From a virus, in IMG/VR virus record IMGVR_UViG_3300045988_147522: a stretch of 64,000 bases of DNA; one strand, 5' to 3'. The notes under the pieces are model-generated. The model searched no databases and was not told the DNA's origin. It saw only the letters and a program-made list of their open reading frames with translations. A program made the translations under genes and the position numbers. Positions 16,225 to 27,300 of this stretch are shown piece by piece (position 1 is the stretch's first letter; every line of letters starts with the position of its first letter).

Positions 16225-18846
16225 TTATACTTTAGCAGTCGGAACATACACCAAGCGGCCGCCGACAACCCGACTACGGTAGCCAACACCGTCAATACCG
16301 CGCCAATTGAAACCGCCCGCCTGACTGGAAGTGTTGAAACAACCACCAAAACGGGTAATACGATAACCGTTCAAATTTGATTCGGCATAGAAGTAATCGC
16401 CAACAGGAAGTGCGTTTGTTCCGCCGATTTCTGACGGCATCAGCAACCAATCATAATTCTCACCGCCATAACCCATTGCGTTAATAAAACCACTTGCATT
16501 TGCAAGAGTGAATCCAACAGGCTCATAGTTATCAGAATGCTTTGATTCATTGAATGCGAAGTTGTTCGCAACATAGGGTTGACCACCGCACATAGAACCG
16601 TCACCCCAAATGTTGATTCCCTGAATATGTTTCCATAGGTTACCCCAAGGATTTTCGACGCCACGATAGGAAACGGAAACTTTTCCGCTTTTTGTATAAG
16701 CTGTTTGAGTTCCTCCAATTTCATTTGTGGTTTTGGTTGCCTGACCTGTGCCATTACCAAGGTCAGCGGTTGAGCCTGTCAGACTGGAACAGTTGTATGC
16801 TGAATTATCTGCGATGCTGACAACACCCTGTCCGACGCCCGTTTGTGAGTTCATCATACCAAACTCAATCATCATAAGAAGTTGGTTTGCAGAAGTAGCA
16901 TGGATGGTTTCAAGATGCCAACCCGGTCCTCTGTTCTGTGCCATTGTTTCAAGGTTTGTCTTCGTTCCAATCCCTTTTCTCAAACCGCTGATAGGTTTCT
17001 TTCCGGCGACTGAACAGAGTAAGTCGCCGTCCTCATAAGTGATAGATTCGTCAACGTTATCATTCACATAGGCTTTTGCGGAAACATCGTACATGCTTCC
17101 CTCATCAGCTGAATACAGGATGTAGTCAATCTCGTTACCGTTTTCGTCATAGAATGCTGGATGCAGTTTGAACCCTGTTTTTGGCTTTGAGCTTACATAA
17201 TAGTTCGCCTTCCGTAGATGATAGCCGATTCCTGAATTGGTGTTTTTTTCCAACTTTAGCGGAACAACTTTATAATAAAATGCTGACTGATACACCATTA
17301 CCTGACCGTTTGAGCCGTCCTCCGTATAGCCTTCATCGCCGTAGTATGCCGTGATTGTTCCGTCATCAGAAACATTACATCTTCTTCTGCCGCCGTACAT
17401 TGTAAATTTATTAAAGTCTGAACCTTGCGACAGTCCGACTGCACCTGCAAGTCTGGTAAATGTCTTATTTTCAAAATCAACGCAAAGTCCTACTATGTCA
17501 TCATCTGTATAGCCGATGTATGCCTTAATGTCCTCAACCTCGTTCGATAAGTCAGCTCCGTCTTTTCCGTCATCTCCGACAACCTTTCCGAGATTTGCAG
17601 ATGTACCGTCTGAATAGGTAAGTATCAGTTCGCCCGAAATATTAATCTCAGCATTAGTTATACCAATACCGTCCTTACCGTTTGTGCCGTCAATGCCATT
17701 TATTCCGTTAGTGCCGTCTTTACCGTCTGCACCTACTACAACACCCAGATTATCAACAGTATTGTTGGAGTAAGTTATGAGAAGCTCACCGTTTTTGTTA
17801 ATTTTAGAGCTTGCTATTCCAATTCCGTCTGTACCATTTTGACCTTTTTCACCCTGTTCGCCTTTAAGAAATTTTAACCAATCTTCTTCAGTACCGATAA
17901 AACCACCATTTTTTGCGATTTCATAAGCTGATAAACCATTTTGTCCATTTGTACCGTTAAGACCGTCTTTACCTACGATTTTGCCAAGATTTGTTGAATC
18001 TCCATTCGAGTATGTAATCACAAGCTCTCCACTTGTATTAACTTCGGATTTGGCAACACCTACACCATCGTTTCCGTTCATGCCGTTTGTACCTTGTGAC
18101 GGTTTATTTGTATCTATTTCGCCAATGAACCAATTGCCGTTATCACCAATATGCGGAGTAATTCCGTCAGCACCCGAAACGCCATCTTGTCCTTTTAGTT
18201 CACCATTGTTGAATTTCTGCTGAAAAGTTTCGCCATCTGCAAACGGAATATCATCGGCAGTGTAGGTTTGCTTGATGTTCAAATCTTCAAGCGACTTATC
18301 TCCGTTAAGTTCAACACCATTGATAGAAGGTCTGTTGTTCAAATGCGCATAATCACCATCAAACTCTTTAAGTGTTCGCCAAATAGTGTTACCGTCACTG
18401 TCTATAGACAATACCTGTCCGACAACACCGTCTGTAGTCGGTTTAGAGACAAAGTTTTCTAAAACATTAAAATCATCAGTGCTTTCAACCTTTGTGTCAT
18501 CTGGCGCAAAAGAAACCTTAAAATTAACACCTGAAAATCTTACATTGCCTTCAGGAAACTGTAATTCTACAATACCTTTTAATACACCTTCAGCCGTTGT
18601 CATCTGTAAATACAAAGGTAAATAAATCAAACCTTTATCTTTATCTACTCTGCACTCAACACCTACCTTGTGTTCGTCTGGCTTTAATCCATAATAGGCG
18701 GCAAGCGTACATTCTGAAAGGTTGATATCAGCACCATGATTTTTAATCTCAATTTCAAACTCAGTCACACCGTGCTCTCTTTGTGTGATTGGTTCAAGAA
18801 CCTTGTTAATATAAGCACAGTCAATGCTTAAATGTCTAATAATCAT
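16225..18846 (-). CDS. tail fibre with collagen-like repeats
   Basis: Multiple G-X-Y runs (for example GKDGLNGTNGQNG, GEQGEKGQNGTDG, GADGKDGTNGINGIDGTNGKDG), three repeated modules, and a BppU-like N-terminus. Confidence 0.75.
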   Translation of the reverse strand: MIIRHLSIDCAYINKVLEPITQREHGVTEFEIEIKNHGADINLSECTLAAYYGLKPDEHKVGVECRVDKDKGLIYLPLYLQMTTAEGVLKGIVELQFPEGNVRFSGVNFKVSFAPDDTKVESTDDFNVLENFVSKPTTDGVVGQVLSIDSDGNTIWRTLKEFDGDYAHLNNRPSINGVELNGDKSLEDLNIKQTYTADDIPFADGETFQQKFNNGELKGQDGVSGADGITPHIGDNGNWFIGEIDTNKPSQGTNGMNGNDGVGVAKSEVNTSGELVITYSNGDSTNLGKIVGKDGLNGTNGQNGLSAYEIAKNGGFIGTEEDWLKFLKGEQGEKGQNGTDGIGIASSKINKNGELLITYSNNTVDNLGVVVGADGKDGTNGINGIDGTNGKDGIGITNAEINISGELILTYSDGTSANLGKVVGDDGKDGADLSNEVEDIKAYIGYTDDDIVGLCVDFENKTFTRLAGAVGLSQGSDFNKFTMYGGRRRCNVSDDGTITAYYGDEGYTEDGSNGQVMVYQSAFYYKVVPLKLEKNTNSGIGYHLRKANYYVSSKPKTGFKLHPAFYDENGNEIDYILYSADEGSMYDVSAKAYVNDNVDESITYEDGDLLCSVAGKKPISGLRKGIGTKTNLETMAQNRGPGWHLETIHATSANQLLMMIEFGMMNSQTGVGQGVVSIADNSAYNCSSLTGSTADLGNGTGQATKTTNEIGGTQTAYTKSGKVSVSYRGVENPWGNLWKHIQGINIWGDGSMCGGQPYVANNFAFNESKHSDNYEPVGFTLANASGFINAMGYGGENYDWLLMPSEIGGTNALPVGDYFYAESNLNGYRITRFGGCFNTSSQAGGFNWRGIDGVGYRSRVVGGRLVYVPTAKV

Positions 18847-18860
18847 ATAATCACCACCTA

Positions 18861-21443
18861 TTATTCTGTAAAATTAAATGTTGTGTTTTTAACACTTGTT
18901 TGTGAAATCGTATTGAAACAATCAATAAATCTCTTCTTAAGAGGCTTAGCAGAATAGTTTGTATTAAATATCAAACTGAAATCTGATACATCATCATAAT
19001 TTATAGGAATTGAAAGCAAAATAGGATACTGCCAATCACCGTCTTTTACTTCAAGAGATACTGCTGTACCAAGTGTTAAATCTGCAATGTTATCCTTCAT
19101 TTCAGGAATTGCCAATATATTCGCTGACTCAATCTCAAATTCATAACACTGCTTGCTGAGATAATTGTCGTGGTCAGATTTAGCTTGAACCCTTACTTCT
19201 TGCAATGTTGTTATAATATCATTAGCGGAATAGGTATCACTAAATACAACATTGTCATTTGTCCAATCTCCTTCAGTAATGTAATTTTGGAGTTCCAAAA
19301 TTTCAGCAGGGGAGAGGATTGTTGCAATACCGTCTTTGTTTGCCTGCAATGCCGTCTTGTAGTTTAGTGTAAACTTTTTAGCTACTGTTTGCATCTCGTT
19401 ATAACATGTATTGTATTTGGCTACTGCGTTATCATAATCATTTTTTATATTCCAATATGTCTCTGCTGCCGAATACAATTTTGTATATAAAGATTTGGAG
19501 TAATAGCAATCGTAATTGATGTAATCATATGGTGGGTTTCTCATTCCACTCGGAATACGCACATAGTCATCCACAAGCACTTGATAAGCATAACGCAACT
19601 CTCCACTTGAAGAGTTAGGGAGCGGTTTGTCACTAAACCCATATTTGTCTATTAGATGTGTATTAATTGTATCTGCGACTGTTAAGTATGTTGTTAAAGC
19701 TTTTGACACTTTAGAAGCTTGCTTTATTTTCTTTTGATTATACTCAATCAATAATGCCCCTTTATTAGCATATTTTACAGACTGTTTCTCAATGTTTGTT
19801 TGCCACACCGTAAGAGCTTCTTTTAAGGTTCTATTTTTAGTATCATCAGCCACATAGTCTAATTGATTTTCAATATTACTAAAATTGTACAATATATTAT
19901 TTCCTGTAGGGTTGATTAACCCTAATCCATATTGATCGTTAGATGTATGCACTCTTAATGCACTAATACACCTATCATCAGTTGTGTGGATATTCGTATT
20001 TTTGATTGCATTTTGCCATGTTAATATCGCCTTAGAATGAGTGCCTAAATATTTTTTATCAGTATCATAATACCGTCGTTCTTCTGTCTCTATATTGCCA
20101 TCTATTATATTAATTGTCATATTTTCTGAATCAAAAATGAAATAGCATTGATACGACGAAGCGATATCATTATTTAAAAAAGTATAGACATTTGCATTAT
20201 CAACATCGTCAAGTGTTCTATATCTAACGCACACCGCTTGAGAAATGTATCCTATTTTCCACTGTGGGAGATAATCAAGTATTTGATTCAACAATCCTCG
20301 GACAAACTTTTGTTTATGTCTTGTGTTGCCATAACAATCGTAATACCAATTATCACTGGTAACAAGGTCGTTAATATGATCAGGTACAAATAGTGGTAAT
20401 GTACTGTTCGATAGAGAAAACGCTCTTTTTGATAAAGTCATCTCATAAGACTGGGCTGTTACTTTTAGCACAACATTACTTCCGTTATCATTTATTTCTT
20501 CCGTGTTAGTAATAACCCACCATACATTTCGTATGCCATAGTTTTTATTTTTATTTGTTTCAAAGTGTGTACACAATCTTTCTCTTGAAAAAATTTGCAC
20601 CCAAGAGGCATTGGGAATATATGTACGATAAGTATTGTCGCTATATGTTGCTTGACTACATACAAGACTTATTCGGATATACCCTTCGTCAATAGTATCA
20701 GTATTGTCTTCAATGTTACCATCGCTATCTCTTACTGTAAAATCTACATATCTTCGGAATGGTTTTTTTGATGTTTCATAATAATAATTATCATCAGATT
20801 TAAGCCAACTATCTGCGTTAGCTTCCTTATAGTAATGAATCTTGAATGAATATCGTAAAGTGTCACCATTAAAACATTTTGTCGAAATGACATCGCCTTT
20901 ATGAACAGGTATAAAACTTTTACAGGCTAAATACTGGTAGGCATACCAATTTTGCTTGTACAAGTCTAAGCTTTCTGAATAATCTTTAAATACCCCATCA
21001 TTAATAGTGCCGCCCCATACCCACTCGTAACCGTATGTAGTGCCAATATCAAAAAGCATAGTTTCGTTTTTAATACTAAAATTGCTAATTGCTGTATTAA
21101 CATCAAACGATAACTCATAATCTTTTCGTGTGCCTCCGCCTTTTAAATTATACAGATAATCTGAATAATAACTTTCTCCTGTAAACTTAAAATATTCGGT
21201 TGAATCGTTGAGGTACAAAAGCATATCAGGCTTTAGATCATCATAATTAGGATTGTCCATCCAACTGTTAGTACGAGTGTCATAAACTTTTTTAGGCACT
21301 TCAAAACTCATTTCCGAAGCTGCTCCGAAATTATAATCAGCAGTCCAATTGTGTATATTCTTGACATAGCCAAGCGAGGTCTTTTTATTCTGTCTATACA
21401 ACACCATGTCAGGAGTCTCTTGTGCGTAATTTCGTGTTTGCAT
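18861..21443 (-). CDS. tail-associated / baseplate hub protein (Tal-like)
   Basis: 860 aa, immediately downstream of the Dit-like gene. The call rests on position and size. Confidence 0.55.
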   Translation of the reverse strand: MQTRNYAQETPDMVLYRQNKKTSLGYVKNIHNWTADYNFGAASEMSFEVPKKVYDTRTNSWMDNPNYDDLKPDMLLYLNDSTEYFKFTGESYYSDYLYNLKGGGTRKDYELSFDVNTAISNFSIKNETMLFDIGTTYGYEWVWGGTINDGVFKDYSESLDLYKQNWYAYQYLACKSFIPVHKGDVISTKCFNGDTLRYSFKIHYYKEANADSWLKSDDNYYYETSKKPFRRYVDFTVRDSDGNIEDNTDTIDEGYIRISLVCSQATYSDNTYRTYIPNASWVQIFSRERLCTHFETNKNKNYGIRNVWWVITNTEEINDNGSNVVLKVTAQSYEMTLSKRAFSLSNSTLPLFVPDHINDLVTSDNWYYDCYGNTRHKQKFVRGLLNQILDYLPQWKIGYISQAVCVRYRTLDDVDNANVYTFLNNDIASSYQCYFIFDSENMTINIIDGNIETEERRYYDTDKKYLGTHSKAILTWQNAIKNTNIHTTDDRCISALRVHTSNDQYGLGLINPTGNNILYNFSNIENQLDYVADDTKNRTLKEALTVWQTNIEKQSVKYANKGALLIEYNQKKIKQASKVSKALTTYLTVADTINTHLIDKYGFSDKPLPNSSSGELRYAYQVLVDDYVRIPSGMRNPPYDYINYDCYYSKSLYTKLYSAAETYWNIKNDYDNAVAKYNTCYNEMQTVAKKFTLNYKTALQANKDGIATILSPAEILELQNYITEGDWTNDNVVFSDTYSANDIITTLQEVRVQAKSDHDNYLSKQCYEFEIESANILAIPEMKDNIADLTLGTAVSLEVKDGDWQYPILLSIPINYDDVSDFSLIFNTNYSAKPLKKRFIDCFNTISQTSVKNTTFNFTE

Positions 21444-22417
21444 TAAATACCACCCAACCTGTGTAATGTTGTGTACTTTAAAATTAAGCTTTTATCGGAG
21501 TCGAAAACCTCGTAAGCATAGTTATGTTTAGCGTCAATTCTATCTGCGGATTTAATGTATAGATAAATTTGATTTCGACCATTGCCAAGCCAAAATAAAG
21601 ATACATAATCGAGATTATCTCTAATAACTCCGTTGTATTTAATAAATGGAGGAGTGAGTGAATGAAAAGTTTTTTCATTAGGTTCTTTCATTGTTACCAT
21701 TCCATATTGAGTATCCAGTTCATATACGGCATCTTTGTCTGTATGATAATTCACACTCGCATCAAAAACGAACATAGACTTATTAAGTTTATTTCCGACA
21801 TACACTCTATAATTCGATAATGTGTAATCTATTTGATGTTCTGTCCAGTTGTGTCCGATCTTTAAATCAATAATAGGACAAATTTTGTTATTGATAGGTT
21901 GTCCTTCAATGTCAATTGTAGTTTCAAAAGACAGTGTTTGCCCTGTATTTGACGGTTTAGTTGCAACACCCTGAAACTCAACTTCATTGTCCTGATACCA
22001 AAATCCACTATCGTTTTGTACCTTGCAACGCAAACCTCTATAACCTCGTGCATCAGTAATATCACTGTCAGGAATAAATAATGCGTTGAGGTAATAATCG
22101 GATGTTTCGTTTTGCAAATAAAGTCGTTTCCAACCGTCTTGTCCGAATAACCAATTTTTAATTTCAATCATTATTTCGGCTGGAATATTATCTTCTGGGC
22201 TAATAATTTCAACCGAAAATTCAAGTGGATGTTCAGCATAATTAAGATTGTATAAAAGCTGTTGTGCATTATGGGGGAGAGCCACAGTAGTGGGTTCATA
22301 TTCGCCTCCACTTGCAAACTCATTACTATCGTCACTTATGAAAGCTAAAATTAAATTATAATCACCTGAGTATATATTATTATAAGTAAAATAACAATCT
22401 CTATACAACCAAAACAC
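21443..22417 (-). CDS. distal tail protein (Dit-like)
   Basis: 324 aa at the position preceding Tal. The start is uncertain (GTG at 22417 or the TTG three codons later, after AAGGAGG). Confidence 0.5.
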   Translation of the reverse strand: MFWLYRDCYFTYNNIYSGDYNLILAFISDDSNEFASGGEYEPTTVALPHNAQQLLYNLNYAEHPLEFSVEIISPEDNIPAEIMIEIKNWLFGQDGWKRLYLQNETSDYYLNALFIPDSDITDARGYRGLRCKVQNDSGFWYQDNEVEFQGVATKPSNTGQTLSFETTIDIEGQPINNKICPIIDLKIGHNWTEHQIDYTLSNYRVYVGNKLNKSMFVFDASVNYHTDKDAVYELDTQYGMVTMKEPNEKTFHSLTPPFIKYNGVIRDNLDYVSLFWLGNGRNQIYLYIKSADRIDAKHNYAYEVFDSDKSLILKYTTLHRLGGI

Positions 22418-22507
22418 CTCCTTAATAAAAACATAGATAAATATATAATCTTACTTGTAAAAATAAAAATATTATGGTAAAATAAAACAAAAAGGGAGTG
22501 AAGAATA

Positions 22508-22720
22508 ATGAATGCAAATAACACTAAAAACAATAGTGGAAAACTGATTGCCATTGGCATTATAGTGTGCGTAATACTGTTACTTTCATTGATTGGCTCA
22601 AATTGTTCATCAACTTGTATTGAAGATGGATGTGACCAACCAAGAGCTCATAACAGTTATTGGTGTACTTATCATGAATCAATACATTATTTAGCTCACG
22701 AAATGGAACAATCTAAGTAA
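22508..22720 (+). CDS. small membrane protein with a Cys/His-rich tail
   Basis: GGGAG before the ATG. One TM helix, then CSSTCIEDGCDQPRAHNSYWCTYHE. Has its own terminator. Confidence 0.5.
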   Translation: MNANNTKNNSGKLIAIGIIVCVILLLSLIGSNCSSTCIEDGCDQPRAHNSYWCTYHESIHYLAHEMEQSK

Positions 22721-22724
22721 CACA

Positions 22725-22759
22725 AAAGGCTGCCAAACGACAGCCTTTCTTTTAATTTT
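22725..22759 (+). terminator. rho-independent terminator (+)
   Basis: AAAGGCTG-loop-CAGCCTTT followed by CTTTTAATTTT. Confidence 0.55.
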
Positions 22760-22763
22760 GTAA

Positions 22764-22796
22764 TAAAAAAAGAGAAGATGTTTTTCATCTTCTCTT
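22764..22796 (-). terminator. rho-independent terminator (-)
   Basis: AAGAGAAGATG-5 nt loop-CATCTTCTCTT followed by a T7 run on the minus strand. Confidence 0.55.
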
Positions 22797-22826
22797 ACAA
22801 TATTTTACTATTTAGTTTTAAAATAA

Positions 22827-23402
22827 TTAATCTACTGGCGAGTCATATCGCTTGCACAACTTAGGGTAAACTTCCAACATAAATGTATTAAACAATTCAA
22901 ATAGATGTTCTATTGGTTTATAATATTCATCAACCTTTTCTTTAATATCATTAAAACTTGAATTTATACCCTTATTATTTCGTAATCCAGCCATAAGTGT
23001 AGGAAATGTTACTAACCATCTGCGATTATCTTCATACTCACGCCATACTGTAATGATTTGCTTATATGTAAATTGCTGTAAGTGCATACTTAAAGTACGC
23101 CTTATTACAATGCTAAAAAAATCCGCAGTGTCGTAATAGGCACGAAAAATATGCCCCAATGCTTTATCTAAATTATCTTCAATGTTTTTATCGGTACTAT
23201 TTTTACCAGCAATACCGTCATAATAATCTTTATAAGCTCTCGTAATATGATCCAATGAATCTTTTTGCTCTTTAATAGGTTGAACAAATGTACATAACTC
23301 ATTATCATACTCTTCAGACAATATACATAACTCTTTTTGCTTATTATATACATAATTATACTTTTCCCAAAAAGTATAAAATATATTTTGATAATCAGTC
23401 AT
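22827..23402 (-). CDS. hypothetical soluble helical protein (accessory cassette)
   Basis: 191 aa, rich in aromatic residues, no TM helix. Third gene of a cassette that has its own promoter. Confidence 0.55.
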   Translation of the reverse strand: MTDYQNIFYTFWEKYNYVYNKQKELCILSEEYDNELCTFVQPIKEQKDSLDHITRAYKDYYDGIAGKNSTDKNIEDNLDKALGHIFRAYYDTADFFSIVIRRTLSMHLQQFTYKQIITVWREYEDNRRWLVTFPTLMAGLRNNKGINSSFNDIKEKVDEYYKPIEHLFELFNTFMLEVYPKLCKRYDSPVD

Positions 23403-23415
23403 AATCCACCCCTAC

Positions 23416-23676
23416 TTATGGAAACACAATTTCATCAGCTTCTGCTTTGACATTGTTTTCATTTTTGATGTATCCCTGATTCATACGGACAGAACCACGA
23501 ATTCTGTTATTGCATACATCTGTGTCTAGCTCATACTTGTATGATTTTTCTTGAGATGAATGTGTTTCATATTTGATTTGCTTTTGTTTTTTGATAGCAG
23601 ATATTAACTGTCCTAACGAATGCAATACAGCTAAAAGTCCAACAATTCCAGATAAGATTAAAAAGAAATATTCCAT
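23416..23676 (-). CDS. single-pass membrane protein (accessory cassette)
   Basis: N-terminal TM helix FFLILSGIVGLLAVLHSL; 86 aa. Confidence 0.5.
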   Translation of the reverse strand: MEYFFLILSGIVGLLAVLHSLGQLISAIKKQKQIKYETHSSQEKSYKYELDTDVCNNRIRGSVRMNQGYIKNENNVKAEADEIVFP

Positions 23677-23692
23677 AATATGCCTCCGTGTA

Positions 23693-24154
23693 TTAATTGA
23701 TAGTAGCTAGACTACAAAACTGTAACACACCTACGACTATCACACTTGCCAATGATATAATATTTATCCACATAGCTATATTTTGATTAAAATAACGATA
23801 CCATCCGTCGCTAAATACAGCCATAGTATATAATGCTAACAGGATGGTCATCATACCTAATAAATATATCCTTAAACCTTTACCACCTTTAGCTCCATCG
23901 ACTAAAAGTATTTCTACTAGTAGCAATGTAGCAATGTTAAAAATAGAGAAAAATATATCTTTATCTGAAAATATGGATACAAAACTAATTTCTTCTGCAT
24001 GACCATGCAACACCAAATTCATTGTTTTAAATAGTATGGGAATAGAACTAACTAATATACCAATAAACCAAATGGAAATATTTTTTTCAAAAGTTCTTAA
24101 TTGTTTTCGTTTTATGTTGTTATTATGTATAGAAAATATTTCAATCCGTTCCAT
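23693..24154 (-). CDS. multi-pass membrane protein (accessory cassette)
   Basis: About four hydrophobic helices in 153 aa. Confidence 0.55.
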   Translation of the reverse strand: MERIEIFSIHNNNIKRKQLRTFEKNISIWFIGILVSSIPILFKTMNLVLHGHAEEISFVSIFSDKDIFFSIFNIATLLLVEILLVDGAKGGKGLRIYLLGMMTILLALYTMAVFSDGWYRYFNQNIAMWINIISLASVIVVGVLQFCSLATIN

Positions 24155-24196
24155 ATCTTAGTACCTGTGTCTATGTTTTTAAATGTAACTGTTAAT

Positions 24197-24225
24197 AGTC
24201 TATTGCAAAACCACACACTTGTCAA
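24197..24225 (-). promoter_or_regulatory. candidate promoter of the accessory cassette
   Basis: On the minus strand: TTGACA, a 17-nt spacer, then TAGACT. Confidence 0.4.
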
Positions 24226-24344
24226 GTGAAAATTAACTGTTTTGATAACAATTTTGTTAAAACCTTGCTCAAATTACTATTTTGTAACTATATAGACAAT
24301 AATGATAACAATACTGTGAACGAATATATAGATATATGACAATG

Positions 24345-24386
24345 TTGTCAAACCGAGGAGCTACATATCGTTCTTCGGTTTGACAA
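24345..24386 (-). terminator. long hairpin just after the TMP stop (possible terminator)
   Basis: 12-13 bp stem TTGTCAAACCGA / TCGGTTTGACAA, but no clear T-run on the minus strand. Confidence 0.3.
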
Positions 24387-24392
24387 AAACTA

Positions 24393-27300
24393 TTACAAGT
24401 GCCTATTATTAACAGTATAAGACATAAGTTTTTTGATAGTGTTATTCATAATCTTTTCGGACTCCTTGTGCAGTGCATTAACAGTAGCCTGAGTAGCATC
24501 ACCTTGTACATTGATGTGAATTGTAGGGGAAACAACAGTTGATTTATTGTTCACGACATTCGGTGTTATTTCAGAACCAAACTTCTGTGCAAAATAATCA
24601 GTTGGAGCTGATGCAAATTCAAACAATTCATTTGTCATCGCTTTGCTAAATACAGGATTGCCTTGTGGTAAGATTGTATATCTGCCATTACCAAGAGATG
24701 TAGGAATAAGTTCTGAACCGATACCCTCTTCGTCAACAATAGACAAACCACCTTTGGCTGATTTTGTACCAGAAGCATACGCTTTCATTTTAGACCATAA
24801 AGAACCTGCTGGTAGCGCTCTTCCGCCATACCAATCTTTACTAATCCGACTTATGAAATATGTTTCAGCGTCCTCTTTGTTCGTTTGGTTGGTTTTATAC
24901 ACTTTGCCGTTATAGGTAATTGTATACCCATGACCTGTTATACTCGATGGTTGTATTTTAACTGAATCAATCTTTGCTTTAGTGGTCTGTGCAGAATTAC
25001 CCAACTCGTCAATTTTTTGCTTCAAACTATCAATTCGAGAAGTGTAGTTATCAATGCTTCCTGTCACATTAGCAATAGCAGAGTCTACATCGTAGATACG
25101 AGATTGTAGTGTATTCATTAAATCCATAACATTGAGCTGCGCAGTGCCATATTCATAAAGAGCACTTTGAGCCGACTGCCACATATGGTTAAACTCAGCC
25201 TCTGTGGTTGTAGTGTAATTTTGACAATACCACAACAGGTTGTTATACAATGTACCATTGTCATTGTCAATCATATTACATGCAGCTCTGTGCAAAGATA
25301 CCTCGTTGTTTAAGAAATCTTGAATAGTTTGGATTTCATCATCATAATGCTTATCTGTCTCTTCTTTCAGTTTATCTAAAGCTTCTTTGCGAGTATCATA
25401 CTGATAGTCTGATAGATAATCATATAAGTCTTCTCTGGACTCAACCAAATCATCAACATTTTCTTTGTGAGCCTTTTTACCTGCGGAACTATCGTCCAGT
25501 CCAGTAATAGCAGCAGACAATGCGTTTGAAGCAACAGCATTTTCTTTCTCTTTGAGTTGTTTGTTGAAATCAGCTTCTTCTTTTTCTTTGTCAAGAAGTT
25601 CTTGTTTCTTTTCAATAAGTTCGTCAATTTTATCTTTGCGTTCTTGTAGTGCATCTATTTCGTCCTGCTTAGTCTGTTTAATGTACTTTTCTGTCCAATC
25701 GACTAAACTTTCAATCGCAGACAACGCATCCTCATAACCACTTTTAGTATCTTCTAACGCTTCTTTTTTCTTTTCTAAAGCGTCTTTACTTTTCTCAAGA
25801 GCTTTTTCTTCCTTTTCTATCTGCTTTTTGTACTTCTCCGAAGCAGAAGTAGCTTCGTCTGTAGAAGTAGACAAGTCACTTAATGAAGAAGCATACGAAT
25901 CAATCAAAGCGGCTTTCTTACGCCAAGCAGACTCTGCCTGAATAACCGTTTGTTGATATAGCGTACCTGTGCCTTGTTCAGCGTCTTTAGCAGCAGCAGT
26001 TGCATATGCTTCTTTCCATTTTTTGTCCGCCAAATTAGTAGCCGACTTTGCAGCGCTGTCTTGACTCTTTTGAAGATATGCTAAAGCCTGTGTCTCATTT
26101 TTAAGTTTGCCTACTTCGTCAATTGCTTCTTGTAAGTAAGAAGCTTTCAGTCTTTCTAATTGAGCTTTGGCTAAATCTCTAAATTTTTCAGAAGTTAAAT
26201 CAAGTTCGCCTTGTTCATTAACAAGTAAATTTATATAAGAGTCGTCTAACGACAAAACCGCTTCCAGAGTATCAAAAGATAATTTTCCGTTTTCGTTATA
26301 TTCGTTAATAGCAGTTTTGACAGCCTTAAAAGCCGATAACACAGAAGTAACTTTTTTTGTGGCGTCTTCTGTAGATACTTTAAAAGTAACCTTATCTTCT
26401 GCTTCTTTTTTTATGTCTTTAACAGCTTTTTTTATGTCCTCTAAAGAACTAATATTATCTTTTTTGTTATACAACTTAGAGATCGTATTAAAATCCAGAC
26501 TTTGCAAATACTCTTTGGTTTTGTCTTTTTGTTCTTTGGATACTTTATTTATCAGATCTGTATTTTTTTTGGTGTATTCTTTTACTTTGTCTTGCCATTC
26601 TGATAATGTAAAGTCTGCCGTATCGGTATCGCAAGAAATCTGATAAACTATTTGTTTATCGTCATTTGACAATCCATCTATCCACTCGTTGAATCCTTGA
26701 ATTTCTTTTTGAGCAAGAGATATAGCTCCGTTTGTGCCCAAATAGTGCATAGTTTTTGCAGTATGATCTGCTGTGTCGCCAATATCAGCAATAAGGTTTT
26801 TTATCTTAACGCCATCAATCTCGATGCCTTTAGTGTCTAATTTTAATAAATCTTCGTTAGTCCATCCCTCGCCAGCTTCGTCAATAAGACTCCAAATGTA
26901 TTCGTACACGGTGTCCGCATCCAACAACACTGCTCCGTCAGGCGTTTGTAGCATTGGAGAAAAAGCGATTTCCACACCATCAAAGGTATCCGATCCAGCA
27001 AATACAGTAGAAATTGTGCCTTTCATGTCTTTTACAGTAGAACCCCATGACTCTATCGCAGTTTTGTACTTTTCTAAATTAGAATCTGTCCATTCTAAGA
27101 CTTCACGATTGTTGGTGTCAATATTGCCAAATACTGTTTGTAAAGGATTAACACCCATGTTCGCTGCTTCCTGTTGTATCTCTTCCAAACCAGTGCCATC
27201 AGCAAACTGTTCCTTGATACTACGAACAAAATTATTCGTATCAACTCCGCCCAGTTCAACTGGTATTGCAACAGGTATAATACCATTAATCGTTGATGTA

